From: Eledone cirrhosa
Taxonomy: Eukaryota
Direction of reading: 5' to 3'
Assembly (NCBI GenBank): GCA_964016885.1
Contig: OZ024742.1
Location: 36,828,001-36,892,000 of the forward strand
Length of the DNA: 64,000 bases
The notes under the pieces are model-generated. The model was not told the DNA's origin, made no database searches, and saw only the letters and a list, made by a program, of their open reading frames with translations. The position numbers were made by a program, and so were the translations under genes. Shown piece by piece: positions 25,680 to 40,216 of this stretch (the stretch's first letter is position 1; every line of letters starts with the position of its first letter).

Positions 25680-26019
25680 TAAAAACAATGAATAAAAACA
25701 AAGAAACAGTTCCTTATATTTAAAAATTCATCATTTTACGATCGTTTCTAGGATATATATGTGTGTGTTGGTATGTATATCATATAGATCTATGTAAACA
25801 TTTTACAAACTATCAGAGGGAATATACATACCTACACATATATATGCTGTTTTTATTCATTGTTTTTATTAATTTATCTTGACTCTGTTTTCCTGTGATT
25901 TTCATCGAAAAAAGTTTTGAATACATCTTTTCTTTTCATGATATTTGGATTACATTGAGTTCTTCATACGGATTGGACACTACCGTATATTTTGGTAGAT
26001 TTATATATATATATATATA

Positions 26020-26203
26020 ATTGTTTCTACTTTTGGCACAAGGCCAGCAATTACCCACTGTATTACTGGTACTTTATTTTATCGACCCCATAAGGATGAA
26101 AGGCAAAGTTAACCTCGGCGGGATTTGAACTCAGAATGGCAAGGGCCGTAACTCTATGCGTCAAAGCATGGCGTCCGACCCTCTACCGATACTGCCAATC
26201 CAC
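26020..26203 (-). mobile_element. tRNA-derived SINE (family 1)
   Basis: Reverse complement of the 8813-8999 family. Confidence 0.8.
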
Positions 26204-27071
26204 GAGATAAGCGGAACAAGTAAAATTCAAACAATTTCTCAAAATAAATTAAAAAATATAATTTAAATATTTACCTAATCCATTTGCTTTTACCAACTGT
26301 TTCACCTTACAAAAGATTGGAGATCCTAGGGATCTCCAATGGAAATGTTCGGATCATCAGAGAGCATTTTCCTTTCCTAGGACAGAAGTCCCAAGAACGG
26401 CAAAATATATTGCTACCTGCCAGCTAGCACAGGATCGAATGAGGCTGTAAAGTTGACCTATGCATGAACCAGCCCTTAGTAGAAGCAGGAAGTAAACATA
26501 GACGTGTTGTCTATCACGCCACTAAAAATAGCAGCTAAATAAGACAACAGATTTGTTCTCAACATAACGGAGAAAATATAAAAGGAGATTAATATCCCCA
26601 CAGGTACTAAGTACCCCTGGAAATATATAGGGTGTCTATGATTCAGTGGTGTTCTATGGTATTAATTTGACATACCAGAACTATATAATTGAGATAAGCG
26701 GAGCAAGTAAAATTCAAACAATTTCTCAAAATAAATTAAAAAATATAATTTAAATATTTACCTAATCCATTTGCTTTTACCGTCAGTTTCACCTTAAGGA
26801 AAATGCTCTCTAATGATCCGAACATTTCCATTGGAGATCCCTAGGATCTCCAATCTTTTGTAAGGTGAAACCGTCGGTAAAAGCAAATGGATTAGATAAA
26901 TATTTAAATTATATTTTTAAATTTATTTTGAGAAATTGTTTGAATTTTACTTGTTCCACTTATCTCAATTATATAGTTCTAGTATGTCAAATTAATACCA
27001 TAGAACACCACTGTATCATAGACACACTATATATTTCCAGGGGTACTTAGTACCTGTGGGGATATTAATCT

Positions 27072-27078
<7 letters not shown>
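26204..27078. mobile_element. Tandem plus inverted pLTR-like cassette carrying two HHR copies
   Basis: 26204-26310 repeats at 26691-26796; 26575-26796 is inverted at 26861-27078. Confidence 0.75.
26285..26366 (-). ncRNA. Hammerhead ribozyme with long stem II insert (degenerate + copy at 26804-26885)
   Basis: tgctct CTGATGA tcc...attggagatcc-cta-ggatctccaat...gg t GAAAC agttg GTA aaagca. Confidence 0.65.
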
Positions 27079-27147
<69 letters not shown>

Positions 27148-27154
<7 letters not shown>

Positions 27155-28350
27155 TTAGAAACACACAGATACATGCGGACACACACATATATACATGAAT
27201 GCATCCGCACCCAACTGTGAGTTAAGGGTGCCAACTTCACCGATGTTGCTCAATGAATAACCGGGACAGACCAATTCAGTTGAACTAGACTGAACCAGTA
27301 TCAGAGTTAAAAATACATTATGAAGAGAGAAGAAACATTTAGATATAATTAGTAAAAAAATGTATCATACCTAAACTGCTCCTAAATTCCTCGACTACGT
27401 AGTTTCGTGGCATAAACAAAAACAATATATCATAAAGATATAGAGTCCCTGCGAGGTCTGCCGACTTATCAAGAGGATACCTCATTTTACTAGTCTCAAG
27501 AACGCGTCTACACGACGTGAGAAAGAATCCCAAAAGGCGGAGGGGGAGATAGTCACGCGATATAACGGTCGAGAAACAGAGCTAAGCCTCTTATAACCAC
27601 GAAGAAAATACCACAGAGGCGGAGGGGGTATTCATATCGAGGCCGCAGAAGAGGTGGTGAAGAAGGCTAGAAGTATGAGTAATGGAAGCTTTCCAGTTGT
27701 CCCCACACCTCAAAGATTGCTCGACCAGAGGGAGTTATTAACAATATATTTAGAAACACACAGATACATGCGGACACACACATATATACATGAATGCATC
27801 CGCACCCAACTGTGAGTTAAGGGTGCCAACTTCGTGAAGTTGGCACCCTTAACTCACAGTTGGGTGCGGATGCATTCATGTATATATGTGTGTGTCCGCA
27901 TGTATCTGTGTGTTTCTAAATATATTGTTAATAACTCCCTCTGGTCGAGCAATCTTTGAGGTGTGGGGACAACTGGAAAGCTTCCATTACTCATACTTCT
28001 AGCCTTCTTCACCACCTCTTCTGCGGCCTCGATATGAATACCCCCTCCGCCTCTGTGGTATTTTCTTCGTGGTTATAAGAGGCTTAGCTCTGTTTCTCGA
28101 CCGTTATATCGCGTGACTATCTCCCCCTCCGCCTTTTGGGATTCTTTCTCACGTCGTGTAGACGCGTTCTTGAGACTAGTAAAATGAGGTATCCTCTTGA
28201 TAAGTCGGCAGACCTCGCAGGGACTCTATATCTTTATGATATATTGTTTTTGTTTATGCCACGAAACTACGTAGTCGAGGAATTTAGGAGCAGTTTAGGT
28301 ATGATACATTTTATTACTAATTATATCTAAATGTTTCTTCTCTCTTCATA

Positions 28351-28356
<6 letters not shown>
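27148..28356. repeat. (TA)n-flanked element ending in a ~1044-bp near-perfect palindrome
   Basis: Arms 27313-27833 and 27836-28356, 2-nt spacer; 27148-27238 also directly repeated at 27743-27833. Confidence 0.9.
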
Positions 28357-28420
<64 letters not shown>

Positions 28421-28489
28421 TAAAATAACAGATTAAAGTTTAAGCAAAGACTCGCTGCTTTCACCCTTAACAGGATCTTCTGAAACAGG

Positions 28490-28540
28490 AGTTTCAGAAG
28501 ATCCTGTTAAGGGTGAAAGCAGCGAGTCTTTGCTTAAACT
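28490..28540 (+). ncRNA. Hammerhead-like motif, U4A core, at the centre of a fold-back (mirror copy 28437-28486)
   Basis: agttt CAGAAGA t cc-tgttaag-gg t GAAA gca-gcgagtctt-tgc TT aaact. Confidence 0.55.
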
Positions 28541-28647
28541 TTAATCTGTTATTTTAATAAATATTTGCTCTACGGTTCTTATATATTTGATATATATTTA
28601 TCCTTATCGAGCCCTCTTTGGATTTTAGTCTTCAAATTTATTATTAT

Positions 28648-29259
<612 letters not shown>

Positions 29260-31436
29260 TCTCCTCATTCCCAAAAATAGCCAAACCACCCTTGCTAAAA
29301 ATTACCGCCCAATTGCCTGCCAAAACATCATTTATAAATTATATACTGGGTGCCTTAACCTGTTCTTACAGGATCACTGTGCTACCAACAACATCATAAC
29401 ACCTGAGCAAGCTGGTGGAAAGAGGGAGGTGTGGGGGTTGCATAGATCACCTACTAACTAACAAAATGATTCAGGAAAAAACAACAAAGAATCGCAGAAA
29501 CATGACTGTCGTGTGGCTGGACTATCAAAAAGCATTTGATAGTGTACCTCATGGGTGGATTGTTAAGGCTTTACAGTTAGCTAAAGTCCCACAACCATTG
29601 GTATCTGCTGTTGAACGCCTGACCAAGAACTGGTACACCAGTTTGATCCTTAGAGGTGAGAAGGAGCAGGTTAAGACTGATAATATACATTACCAGAAGG
29701 GCATCTTTCAGGGTGATAGCTTGTCAGTGCTACTCTTCGTTCTCTCACTGAATCCACTATCTTACCTACTCAGGAAACAAGGTGGACAAAGAAGTGGGCC
29801 CAGAAGTATCTCCCATCTTTTCTTTGTTGATGACCTGAAGTTGTATGGGCCAAATATCAATGACATCAAGAAACAATTGGACCTCATTACACAATTTTCA
29901 ACCGACATCAAAATGAAATTTGGTGAGTCCAAGTGTGCATATTTGGCAGTAAAACGTGGAAGAGCTGTGCCCTCCTCTAGAAATCTAGAGATGAACGGCC
30001 TGACAATACAACCTCTGCAGTCAGGTGATAACTACAGATATCTTGGACAGGATGAGAATGTCAGATATGATGGACCCATAAATAAGGAGAGAACCAGAAC
30101 TGAATACCTCAGAAGAGTAAAGAAAATATGGTCATCAGAACTGTCAGCATACAACAAATACATTGCCCACAATACTTATGCTGTGCCAATGCTAACGCCA
30201 ACATTTGGCCTACTGAACTGGTCATTGCAAGAACTAAGTGAGATGGATGTTAGAACTCGAAAACTTCTCAGTGTTACTGGGAACTTTAACATCAATGGTG
30301 ATGTGGATAGGCTATACTTCTCACGCAAGGAAGGTGGCCGGGGTCTAAAATCAATATTAACAACATATGAGACCCGGATAGTAACACTGAAGCAACACCT
30401 TCAACAGAAGAAAAAGGTTGGCAACCATCTTGCCCAGGTTTATGACCATGAAAAAAGAAATATCATTAGAATAGCGACTGATCTGGAGGAGAGATATGGA
30501 ATAAAGCCTGATATAAATCTCTCACCCAGAGAAATTGGAAGATCCTATTCAATGTTCAAACAAGATAAAAAAATTGACCAATTTACAGAAAAAGTTGTGC
30601 ATGGATACTTGAGGCGTAAAACACAGACCATAGAGGGGATAAACCACTCAAAAAGCCTGGCATGGAGTTCCGACAAGTTTATGACATCACACCTTGAGGG
30701 ATATCTCTATGCAATACAGGAACAAGAACTCCCTACCAAATATCTGCTGCACAAAAGAGGAGGGCCAGCAGCTGACAATAAATGTAGGCTATGTAAAACA
30801 AAGATCGAGGATGTAAGCCACATTGTTGCCAGCTGCGAAAGAATGTCATCTCGCTACTACCTCCCCATGAGACACGATGGGATAGCTAGAACCATCTGGA
30901 ACGCACTTCGGAAAACAAAATTAACAACAAACGAGGAAGAATATATTGAGACAGATGGCACTAAGGAATACTGGTGGAACCTGAAAATAAAAACTGCCAC
31001 CAAATTAAAGCACAACCGGCCTGATATTGTAGTTTGGGACCACACATTGAAAACGTGTTCTGTTGTGGAGATCAGCTGCCCACTTGATGTAAACGTTGTC
31101 AGAAAAATACAGGAGAAGGAGGACATCTACGGACCATTGATGAGGAGTTTACAAATCCAGTATCCAAGATACACCTTTAGCTTCATACCCATCATTATTG
31201 GTGCTACGGGTTATATACCAACCCGCTTGGACCAAAGTATGACTGAACTTGGATTTGCGGACAAAAAGCGCAGCTCCCTAATTCATAGTCTACAAATGGC
31301 TGCGATAGCTGGCACCTTCAAAATTTGCAAAACATTCTTGCGATTCAAGGGATGACAATTTCTTTTCTTTTCCAACCTTGCCACCAGGAAGGTGGCCGGT
31401 CAAAAAAATATACTCGAAATTAAGAGAAAGAGAAAA
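29260..31436 (+). mobile_element. 5'-truncated R4/Dong-clade LINE, second family, with (CATA)n tail
   Basis: ORF 29415-31355 has WLDYQKAFDSVPH, GIFQGDSLS, FFVDDLKLY, CRLC..E...H...C, RHD and RPDI; upstream frame has NYRPIACQN; followed by (CATA)n. Confidence 0.92.
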
Positions 31437-31739
31437 CATACATACATACATACATACATACATACATACATACATACATACATACATACATACATACATA
31501 CATACATACATACATACATACATACATCACTTTCCACACATTCCATAAAATGTTGACTGCTGTTTTCAAAGTGTATATATACATACAACTAAATAATAAA
31601 ATACCACATTACAAATGTCAGCAGAGAACGGAAAAGAGAATATTATCAACTGAATCAAAATTTCATAAGTTTTGTAACCTCATTATTTCTAGAAGTGGTG
31701 GGTGTAAATAGTATGTGTCTATCTGTATGTCTATATGTA

Positions 31740-31827
<88 letters not shown>

Positions 31828-31831
<4 letters not shown>

Positions 31832-31873
31832 TATGTACACGTACATACATATATGTATACAGACGTACAGTAG

Positions 31874-31936
<63 letters not shown>

Positions 31937-32565
31937 GCACACACATATATATATGTACGTATGGATTCACCGAACATTTATTATAATGCTCGGTGTGTTT
32001 GTAAACAAACATCCCGTATTAAGCTGTAGTGTCTAGCAACCATCGTTGCTCGTTTGTTCAACACTGACAAAGGAACGCTCTACTAGTTTCAAGCTTATTA
32101 GCTATCGTAGCAACGTATACCTTCCTGCCAGATTGTTGAACGTATATACTTACCTTAGGCATATTAACGGCTGAGTAGCCCAATTTGCATATCGAGTGGG
32201 TTAATCGGCCGGGTGCACCGAAAACGATAAACGGAAAAAATTTCGTTTCATTTGCTACTCAGCCGTTAATAGGCATAAGGTAAGTATATACGTTCAACAA
32301 TCTGGCAGGAAGGTATACGTTGCTGACGATAGCTAATAAGTTTGAAACTAGTACAGCGTTACTTTGTTAGTGTTGAACAAACGAGCAACGATGGTTGCTA
32401 GACACTACGGCTTAATACGCGATGTTTGTCTACAAACACACCGAGCATTATAATAAATGTTCGGTGAATCCATACGTACATATACATGTGTGTGCATGTA
32501 TGTATATATATGTACATACTACTGTACGTCTGTATACATATATGTATGTACGTGTACATACTTAT
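31828..32565. mobile_element. Fold-back cassette with HHR
   Basis: Arms ~31828-32179 and ~32254-32565; the left arm has an expanded internal (TA)n. Confidence 0.85.
32318..32358 (+). ncRNA. Hammerhead ribozyme, palindromic stem III
   Basis: cgttg CTGACGA t agct-aata-agtt t GAA ACTAGT A cagcg. Confidence 0.75.
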
Positions 32566-32620
32566 ATTTAAGTAACAGCCGTACTAAGAGTGGGAAATGA
32601 AATTTCGTTTCATTTTTTCC

Positions 32621-32664
<44 letters not shown>

Positions 32665-32883
32665 CGAAGGAATTGTGGTAAGAAACCAGATGGACCATAA
32701 CGCACCAGAGTACTCAGTACTTAGGGTAGTAGAGTGGGTAATAGAAAAAAGTATGACCCCGACGGCAGAGCTCAAGCTGTTTCGACGGCTATTTCTGGAC
32801 TAAATTAGAATTTTTCAAAAATTCTAATTTACTCCAGAAATAGCCGACGAAACGGCTTGAGCTCTGCCGTCGGGGTCATACTT

Positions 32884-32971
<88 letters not shown>

Positions 32972-33586
32972 ATATATGTATGTATGTATGTGTATGTATG
33001 TATATAGATAGATAGATGTATATATATATATACATATATACTCACTCATCCCACTAACACCTCTACTAATACACACACACACCCTCCTCACTCCAACTTT
33101 CACACCTACCCATCCTCGCCCCTTTCCATTCCACCTGACTGCTGCTATGCCTTCTGACCACCTCCCAGCACACACAGACACACAGCACTCCTACCGCCTT
33201 GACCACTTCCTGTTGCGCGCGCACCCCCACATCTCCCCTCTTCCGACCATCTCTTCATGGAATACTCGTATGTGGAGCTTGACCGCGGAATCAACTACCA
33301 TCCTAGGAGTTTACCAACCTTTCAACCACATCTTCGTACGGAATCACCTTTATAACTCACCCACACACACACACAAAAAAAAAATGTTTCCCACACGCCA
33401 CCTACACCCACAACACGCTTAAACCCCACACACACGTGCTTTCCACCACATATTTACACCTTCAGCCTCCGGATTCCTCTCCCCCACCCCTCTATCCACA
33501 CACGCACACACACTCCGACCTACACCCCACCCCACACACACCTCTTCCTGAACATGCAACCCCGTTCTTCCCCCAACCCTTGCTTT

Positions 33587-33619
<33 letters not shown>

Positions 33620-33876
33620 GTACACCTACACACACACACCACCTTCAGCCCTCCCCGCTCGTACACCCCGTCTTCCTCTCCCCACTCCACCCGCCACCAC
33701 CCCTACACACCCCACACCCTTCCACCACCTGTTTTACCCCATTTTAATTTTATTTTATTTTGATCATGCTTTTATTTTTAATTTCATTCGCACCGTTTCC
33801 TCCCACCCCCTTTTCGCTATATGTCTCTCCACCACTCCCCTACACACTCTTTGAACTCTCTTCCCACACACTTTTC

Positions 33877-33908
33877 ACCTGAAGAAGGGCTTATGCCCGA
33901 AACGTCGT
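33877..33908 (+). ncRNA. Minimal PLE-type hammerhead
   Basis: ac CTGAAGA a gggc-ttat-gccc GAA ACGT C gt; followed by AATAAA and, ~90 bp later, (TA)n. Confidence 0.75.
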
Positions 33909-34415
33909 TCCCCACCACCACCCCACTCTCCAGAGCGTGAAATTAATAAACATTCGTTGTACTGCCTCTCTGTTTTGTTCCTGTTCAAATTTTCCATTAT
34001 ATATATATATGTATATATATATGTGTATGTATATATATGTATATATATATATATATATGTATATATATAGAGAGATAGATAAAAAAGAAAATTTCGCTCT
34101 ACATGGCTGAATACAATAAATGTAATCTGAGTTTTTCGAATATTAATAATTGTTTCTACTTTTTGGCACAAGGCCAGCAATTATCCCAGTACATTACTGG
34201 TACTTTATTTTATCGACCCCGTAAGGATGAAAAGCAAAGTTAACCTTTCGATTCGTTTGCAATTTTGCAAACAAGCCTCAATTTTATAGCCATGTCAGTA
34301 GAATGAACCCTTCATTCTTGCTCTTGTATTGGCATGCGAACAGAACTGCAGACACTAATGTTTCTGGGTATCACCCTTCATCAGACTGTCTGATCAGATT
34401 GGCAGGTGAACAGTG

Positions 34416-34463
34416 AGCTGTACTGATGAAGGGTGATACCCAGAAACATTAGTGTCTGCAGTT
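34416..34463 (+). ncRNA. Hammerhead ribozyme in a fold-back (arms ~34248-34384 and 34423-34560)
   Basis: agctgta CTGATGA a gggt-gat-accc a GAAAC attagt GTC tgcagtt; canonical core, GUC site. Confidence 0.85.
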
Positions 34464-34698
34464 CTGTTCGCATACCAACATAAGAGCAAGAATGAAGTGT
34501 TCATTCTCCTGACATGGCTATAAAATTGAGGCTTGTTTGCATAATTGCAAACGAATCGAATGTTATTATTAACATTCGAAAAACTCAGATTACATTTATA
34601 GATAGATAGATGTATATACATGAAGCGTTAAACTAATATATATCTTCATTCTATTGTAGTGTTTGCTTTGTTGTTTTCCGTTTACTTTTCGCCAATAA

Positions 34699-34804
<106 letters not shown>

Positions 34805-34812
34805 ATATATGA

Positions 34813-34864
<52 letters not shown>

Positions 34865-34960
34865 CACATATATGAATGTTCTGCCTTATCAGAGCAGGGT
34901 TTATAACCATCATAGAATTACATCAGAGAAGATGTGTATTTTTGAGGATGGTGGTCTATA

Positions 34961-35129
34961 CCACATTTCCTGGCGCCGAAGACACTTCCTCCTCGAGGAC
35001 GCACCCTAATTTTGACAACCAAAAATTTGAAAATAATTATAAACAACCTTCGGCCTCCAGGACGCATGGTAGATTTTTTTTAGACTTATTTTAGGAAAAA
35101 AGTAGCGTCTTCGACGCCGGGAAATACGG
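34961..35129. mobile_element. Tc1/mariner-superfamily (Tc2/pogo-like) MITE
   Basis: TIRs CCACATTTCCTGGCGCCGAAGACAC and GCGTCTTCGACGCCGGGAAATACGG; TA on both sides. Confidence 0.75.
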
Positions 35130-35844
35130 TAACTACCATCGATTAGTCTGCACAATAATAACATATTGTGTACAATATAGAATATAATCCTAGATACACT
35201 ATGTCCCAGGTTCGACCTAGGTCTAAACAGCAATGGATAATGTAGTCTTTGATGTTACCTTTCATCCTTTCGCGATCGTTAAATAAAGTACCAGTCTAAG
35301 GTGATTGGCTGGCTGAGTATTTAGGGCATCAGATAAGATGCCTTGCCGTATTTCTTCCAGCTCTTTGCTTTATGAGTTCAAACCTCGCTGTGTCCTACTT
35401 GGGAGGTAGACTTAACTCGTCACCAAGTTTAATACAGCCATCACCACTTGATCCTTGGGTGCGTTTAGTGGAGTTGACTCTGTAGTAAACTTTTGAGCCA
35501 GATATCCGGTTTAAGGATAACTCCTTCCCTCTTAGTGATCCTGAAAAGTGTAATGGGCAGGGGTCTCGTTTGCCTTAAAAATGTGAGGGAGACAAACCAA
35601 CATTTGTTGGATCTTAAAGGAGCCTAAATTGCTTATGGTGCCTTTCCCGGACCCTATCACATAAGTAAAATGTTACGCTAATTAAATGTTATGTATTCAA
35701 ATGAAGTTCAGATATAAAAAAAAATATGGTTAAAAAGAATTTATTATATCAAATAAACAAAAAATAAAACATAGACGTTTGAATAAGTGGGAGGGGGGGG
35801 GGGGGGGGCTTGTCCCCTGGTACTCCCCTGAAACAAGGCCCTTG

Positions 35845-36060
35845 GTCATGGGCACTGTCCTTTCCTACCTGATTAACCATGTGACTATTCGATCCGTCGC
35901 GTAATTTAATAAAACCATCCTCACATGCCCGTTGAGTGTCTTGAGCAGAGTTTACTATGTTGTAAGAGTTCAGAGCAGGTCTCTGATTTGAGGATATCTT
36001 CACTTGTCTTCCCCTCACACACCAGTCATGGAGGCCTTATAAAGGGTCGAGAAGCATTGT
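35845..36060 (-). pseudogene. Possible decayed Gypsy RNase H fragment
   Basis: GLHDWCVRGRQVKISSNQRPAL...QR...IKL...GK loosely follows FH.Y..GR.F.I.TDHKPL...QR..L.L...GK. Confidence 0.3.
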
Positions 36061-36216
36061 CCATCTCTCCTCACTAAGCTATAACTAAAACAAAATCGAC
36101 TTCAGCGAGATGTGAGCTCGCAACGGTAAAGAAAGTTCGATGATCCACCGATTATGTTTTCTCACACAACGACAAAATGGAAAAAAAAGAAAGAGTGAGC
36201 GAAATATAAATATCTT

Positions 36217-36254
<38 letters not shown>

Positions 36255-36426
36255 GAGACAGACAGACAGACAAATGAACACAGTAGTGACACATACGGAC
36301 GCACAGACTGAAAGATAAGCATACAAAAAAATAAAAGAGATGTGTAGACAAAAACATTATAGTTATCAGTGGTTAAGACGGCACAGCTTAGAGAATGAGT
36401 CCAAGGACGTCAGACTGAGAGAGAGA

Positions 36427-36491
<65 letters not shown>

Positions 36492-36674
36492 TGTGTGTGT
36501 GTGTGATGAGAGAGACAGAGGTAGATGAAGAGCGAGAGAGATTGCCTTAGTAATATGTGGGAATCAGTGAAGCAGTTAATGTATATTGTTGACCAATCTA
36601 TGAAAAGGTTAAGATGTAATCTTGTATACACACACATGTTTGTGTTTGTGTTTGTGAGTGTATGTATGTATATT

Positions 36675-36706
<32 letters not shown>

Positions 36707-36837
36707 CACATGCACAAATATGTACACACACATACACACACACACATATAGATATATACTCATATATATATATATACATATATATATATGTGTGTGTGTG
36801 TGTGTCTGTCTATCTGTATCAGTGTCTGTGTGTGTAA

Positions 36838-36930
<93 letters not shown>

Positions 36931-37072
36931 CGAAGGAAATGTGGTAAGGAACCAGATGGACCATGACGCACCAAAGTACTCAATACTTAGAGTAGTAGAG
37001 TGGGTGCAGAATTAGCGAGTCCAGAATTACCCGTCGAAACGGCTTGAGCTCAGCCGTCGGGTCCTACTCATT

Positions 37073-37119
<47 letters not shown>

Positions 37120-37524
37120 ACACCTGAAGTGTTAATCCGGGTTAAATCTCTGTCAGCGTGGTACTAATTAATATTAAGGTAAGAGACAAACAATACCAGG
37201 GGATGAAATAAAGACACAACGAACAAAAGTACAAGGTCAAAGTGATTGTGATGAGAAGTGAAAGAAAGAAAATATAAATTGATGTTTCGAACAATAGTCG
37301 TTCATTAAGAAAGGAGGAAAGAAAGGAAATAACAAGAAAAATACTTCAATGTTAATAACTGAATTAATAAATTATATTTGATAATAAATAAATAAATTAA
37401 TTAATTAATTAGTTAATTAATTAATTAGTAAAAAGAATGTATATATACTCTCTTACACGTTGACATTTATGTAAATATAGGAGAATGTATCTGCATGCAT
37501 GCAATCATATACTTTCACCTAAAA

Positions 37525-37665
<141 letters not shown>

Positions 37666-38050
37666 TATGCATGCATACGTTAACACATGTAAATACATAC
37701 ATACACAGATACACACTCGTACACACAGATATACATTATGTCTGAAAACAACACCTCTGATCATAGGTCTGATTGATTAGAGTTGACCTAGGGCTAAACA
37801 GCAAGAATCCTATTACTACTATCACTACTACTGTTACTACCACAACTACAACTACTACAACTAATAATTCTCTCTGACATTGGTACAATTTTAAAGGAAG
37901 AGAAATGTCGATTAATTTCATCTCATTAGTTGACTGGGGCGTGTGGCTGAGTGGTTAGAGAATTGGATTCACAATCGTGAGGTTATGACTTCGATTCTCG
38001 GACTGGACGATGCGTAGTAGTAGTTCCTTTTCTTCTGCTGATAGAAGTAT

Positions 38051-38224
38051 CAGACCTGCCAACTCTTCCCGTCGGACGGGGAGATATCCCACCCACTTTG
38101 TGAAAATGGGTATAGCTTTCATTAAGTAAAATGTTCCCATTTCGCCTCATTTCTCCCCGTTTTGGGGCACTTTTTTTCATGGTACTTCCTGGTACTTCAT
38201 GGTCTTTAGAGATTGGCAGGTTTG
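38051..38224. mobile_element. hAT-like MITE with 6-bp TSD
   Basis: Ends CAGACCTGCCAA and TTGGCAGGTTTG; AAGTAT duplicated at 38045-38050 and 38225-38230. Confidence 0.8.
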
Positions 38225-38983
38225 AAGTATGACTGTGTGCTTAAGATGTGCACTTCTCAACCACGTAGTTTGGGTTCATTTAGACAAGTGATTTGGGTTC
38301 ATTTAGCCAAGTGATTTGGGTTCATTTACACCACAGGTTCTCAACCCATTTAGGCCAAACGCCCCCTTTTGTCCTTCGAAATCACGAAACGCCCCCTACC
38401 CTATTTTTCCATTTTTCAATATACTACTGATTTTGATATCAGTAGATTACTAAAAAATTGATTAACAATATTCCAAAGATACCATCACAGGCAGCTGAGG
38501 GTATAAATACATTCCTTGAAAGGAAATATATAAATTTTAAAAAAAAGGAACATAAATGTTCTTTTTTATGAATAAGGACCAGTTGAATTTGTTATATTTC
38601 CACCAGACGATACCAGCTATTTTGAACATTTATACAAGAGCAATTCTGTCTATCCCAAGAGTGCTCTTATCTGGAAGAAAGTGGCAATTATATCATTTCA
38701 AGGCTTTCAATTTTCCCTTTAATGAAATGGACAGAATAAATGTTTATATCTAACTTGATGTCCCCTCTGCTTTGTGAGCTTAGAGACCATGGAAGAGAGT
38801 TTTCATGACCACGCGGGAGGGTAAATGGTAAAATATATACAACAAACGAGTAAGTGAATTGTAGTAGATGGTTTCCAGTCCAGTCAGACTGCAACTACAA
38901 ATAAAAAAATTGTTAGTTTGTTTTGTAACAATAGCATATCCAAGTTTTCGGATAAATTAACTTACTTTAACTTTGACCTCATT

Positions 38984-40050
38984 TCAATGGGACCCTTGAG
39001 CTTCATGGAGTCTAGCTAACTCTTTGACGTGAGGCTGAATTTTCCTAAGATGTAGCCAGAGATGTCCACGTGTAATTACATTGTAGCGGTTGCGAGACTT
39101 ACTGTGCAGTCTGGAAACAGCACCAAGCCTCCTCTCGACTAAGTATGAGCTTGGAAAAGGCAGAGCAAATCTCTTAGCCTCTGCATGTAGGTTTGGAAAT
39201 CAATGCTGAATTTCCTCTTGCATCCCAAAAAGGAGTTCACCTATTTTGGGAAATCTAATTTTGATCATGTCATCTGCTTGAGTTCAATGAATTCTTCTTG
39301 AAATATAACGTCCAAATCATCGACGGTAGCTATGAAGGGATATGCTATCCCCATTGGGATGTCGATCGGCAAAAGGTCAACAAACCGTTCTCTCATGTTG
39401 TCTTGTAGTGAATGGAGGTGAGTGGTATAAATTTGGAGTTGGTCATTGCTTACAATGTTTTGAACATTGGCGACACTAGGAAAATTATAGAATTCCCGTC
39501 AACAAAGATTCCTTTCGATGACATTCAATTTGGCCAGGAATGTTTTCACAGCATTCCTTTCATTAAGCAAGGTGATCTTCTTCCCCTGCAAAGCCAAAAT
39601 GACGCTATTGCATTTGTCGAAGATGTTGGTGAAGTAGGCGCAATCTTGCCTCACATCGAGGGTTTTCTCGTACAGTTCTGTGTTGCGTCCTCGCAGAAAC
39701 TCAATGATAGAGTCGAAGAATTCAAAGAAGTGAGTAAAGAACTTGCCCTTTGAAAGCCACCTCACCTCAGTATGAAGGAGCAACTTGACGAATTCTTCGT
39801 CATTATCTTGGCACAGTTGCCGGAAATTTTGTTCATTGAGGGAATGCCGTTTGATAAAATTGATGCCATCAATGGCCACCTGCAAGGACTTGCTTAGCGG
39901 CTTCCTGAGTTTCTTCGCAGCCAAGTGTTGTCGATGAATGACACTATGAACAGCAAATACAGATAGATTTTCTCTCTTCAGAAGAGTGACGAAGCCCTTG
40001 TGTTGGCTGACCATTGCTCTTGCGTCGTCTGTAGCACATGATACAATGTG
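38984..40050 (-). pseudogene. hAT transposase C-terminal half (disrupted)
   Basis: CATDDARAM, HSVIHRQHL, LLLHTEVRWLSKG, PFPSSYLVE, HEAQGSH*. Confidence 0.88.
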
Positions 40051-40051
40051 T

Positions 40052-40216
40052 ATTGTATGTGGTCCTAGATGTATGTATTACCTGCTTATGTGTTGTATGT
40101 GGTCCTAGATGTATGTATTACCTGCCTGTGTGTTGTATGTGGTCCTAGATGTGTGTGCTACCTTTTTATGTGTTGCATGTGGTCCTAGATGCGTGTATTA
40201 CCTGCTTATGTGTTGT
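40052..40216. repeat. 40-bp tandem repeat (~4 units; resumes at ~42580-42652)
   Basis: Unit GTATGTGGTCCTAGATGTATGTATTACCTGCTTATGTGTT. Confidence 0.9.
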
